From: Sphacelaria rigidula
Lineage: Eukaryota
Reading direction: 5' to 3'
Length of the DNA stretch: 32,840 nucleotides
NCBI GenBank assembly: GCA_964200075.2
Contig: CAXNAA020000036.1
Coordinates: forward strand, 1 to 32,840
Part shown: positions 31,790 through 32,840 of the stretch, one piece after another
Layout of the letters: each line of letters opens with the position of its first letter
How positions within the stretch are numbered: position 1 is the stretch's first letter
Position numbers and translations under genes: made by a program
Notes under the pieces: model-generated
The model's input: only the letters and a program-made list of their open reading frames with translations
Told to the model about the DNA's origin: nothing
Database searches by the model: none

Positions 31790-32840
31790 GTTAGACTGCC
31801 AGTTGCAACGATTTCCCGAACAAAAAATGGAGCACGCAATTCAAAACAACCACTAACAAAGTCGGTGGTTCCTTTGTCGTAACACATAACGTGAACATAT
31901 TATTTGTGACTGAAACGTGCTAGGTCGGGGACTGATCACATCAGACAGACGCAGTCCTTGAGGGGGAGCTGATGGTCTCGCGTACCTTCGCCGCTCGCAA
32001 CACGCGCTTTTGCTCAAATGGGCGCTTCGTCTAGGGTAACTTATGTATGTACCCCCTCATTCCGAAAATTGTCTTCGCGTTGAGGTGGGGTTGGGGTTAG
32101 TCCATCGGCACTCAATGACGACATCGAACTTGAATCGAAGTTGATGGTGATGAAGAAATGGTAGCGGGGGGTACATGTCGTATGATTCAACGTCACCAAT
32201 GGAATATTGTTACGCCGCTGCAGCTCTGCCGTACTTCATGCCCTCTCTTGAACTAATGTACATCAAGAAGCATGCTGCATGGGAGTTTTGTAATGTTTGT
32301 GCGGACAGTGTGCTTTTCGGACCGCATCGGAGTTCAAAACATATCGTCGGGGGGGGCTGTTTACCAGATGGTCGGAAAAATGGTTGACACGAATAATGAG
32401 GTGCCGACAACAGACCTCGGCATAATTGTTCAACCATTCAGTTATGACACTAATGGTTGGCCATCTTTTCGGATCTTATGATCGATGCTGTTGGCAACAG
32501 GCCGATCATTGTGCAGGTACGATTGTACCACTATGGGGAGTCCACTGAGTTGGTTCAGACCCAAAACAAAAATAAACTATAGAGACAAACTACTTTGATA
32601 GTGCAGTACACCGCACCGTGGCAGGCTCCCTGCATTCGCTAGTGCGGCTCACCCCATGCTGTTCTGCTTAGTATGTCTTGCAGACGCACACAATGCCATG
32701 CCTACGCACCAGGTTTTTCACCGCAACTATAAAGCCACCGCAGTTTGAAAACACTACTCAGACCAAGGGGCGCTACAGACTGGAAAACGGTTTTACACCC
32801 CCCCCCCCCCCTCCCCCCTCCCCTCCCCCCCCCGGGGGTG

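Noticed and set aside
29300-32840. Numerous 60-170 aa ORFs and the terminal poly-C tract
   Set aside because: No homology that I can recognise and no spliceable chain. G/C homopolymer tracts are common throughout this window.

Overview
Eukaryotic, intron-rich DNA, most likely a brown alga (Phaeophyceae, Ectocarpus-like). That assignment is inferred from intron size, WSC domains and the repeat landscape. 1-4.7 kb holds the 3' half of a decayed Ty3/Gypsy LTR retrotransposon: RNase H, integrase, chromodomain, an extra PWWP/Tudor-like C-terminal domain and a probable 3' LTR, with a MITE nested in pol. 7.2-24.6 kb on the minus strand is one gene that I could splice by hand into 25 GT-AG exons with consistent phases (3333 nt, about 1110 aa, 5' end unresolved). 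It encodes three WSC domains fused to an apparently complete Agd3-like (CAZy CE18) polysaccharide de-N-acetylase with its catalytic motifs intact. Its introns carry several MITE/repeat copies and an inverted, degenerate WSC coding segment. 24.8-32.8 kb holds fold-back MITEs, a short telomere-like tract, a possible very decayed KDZ-type transposase and a long hairpin. All calls come from reading the sequence; no database searches were run.
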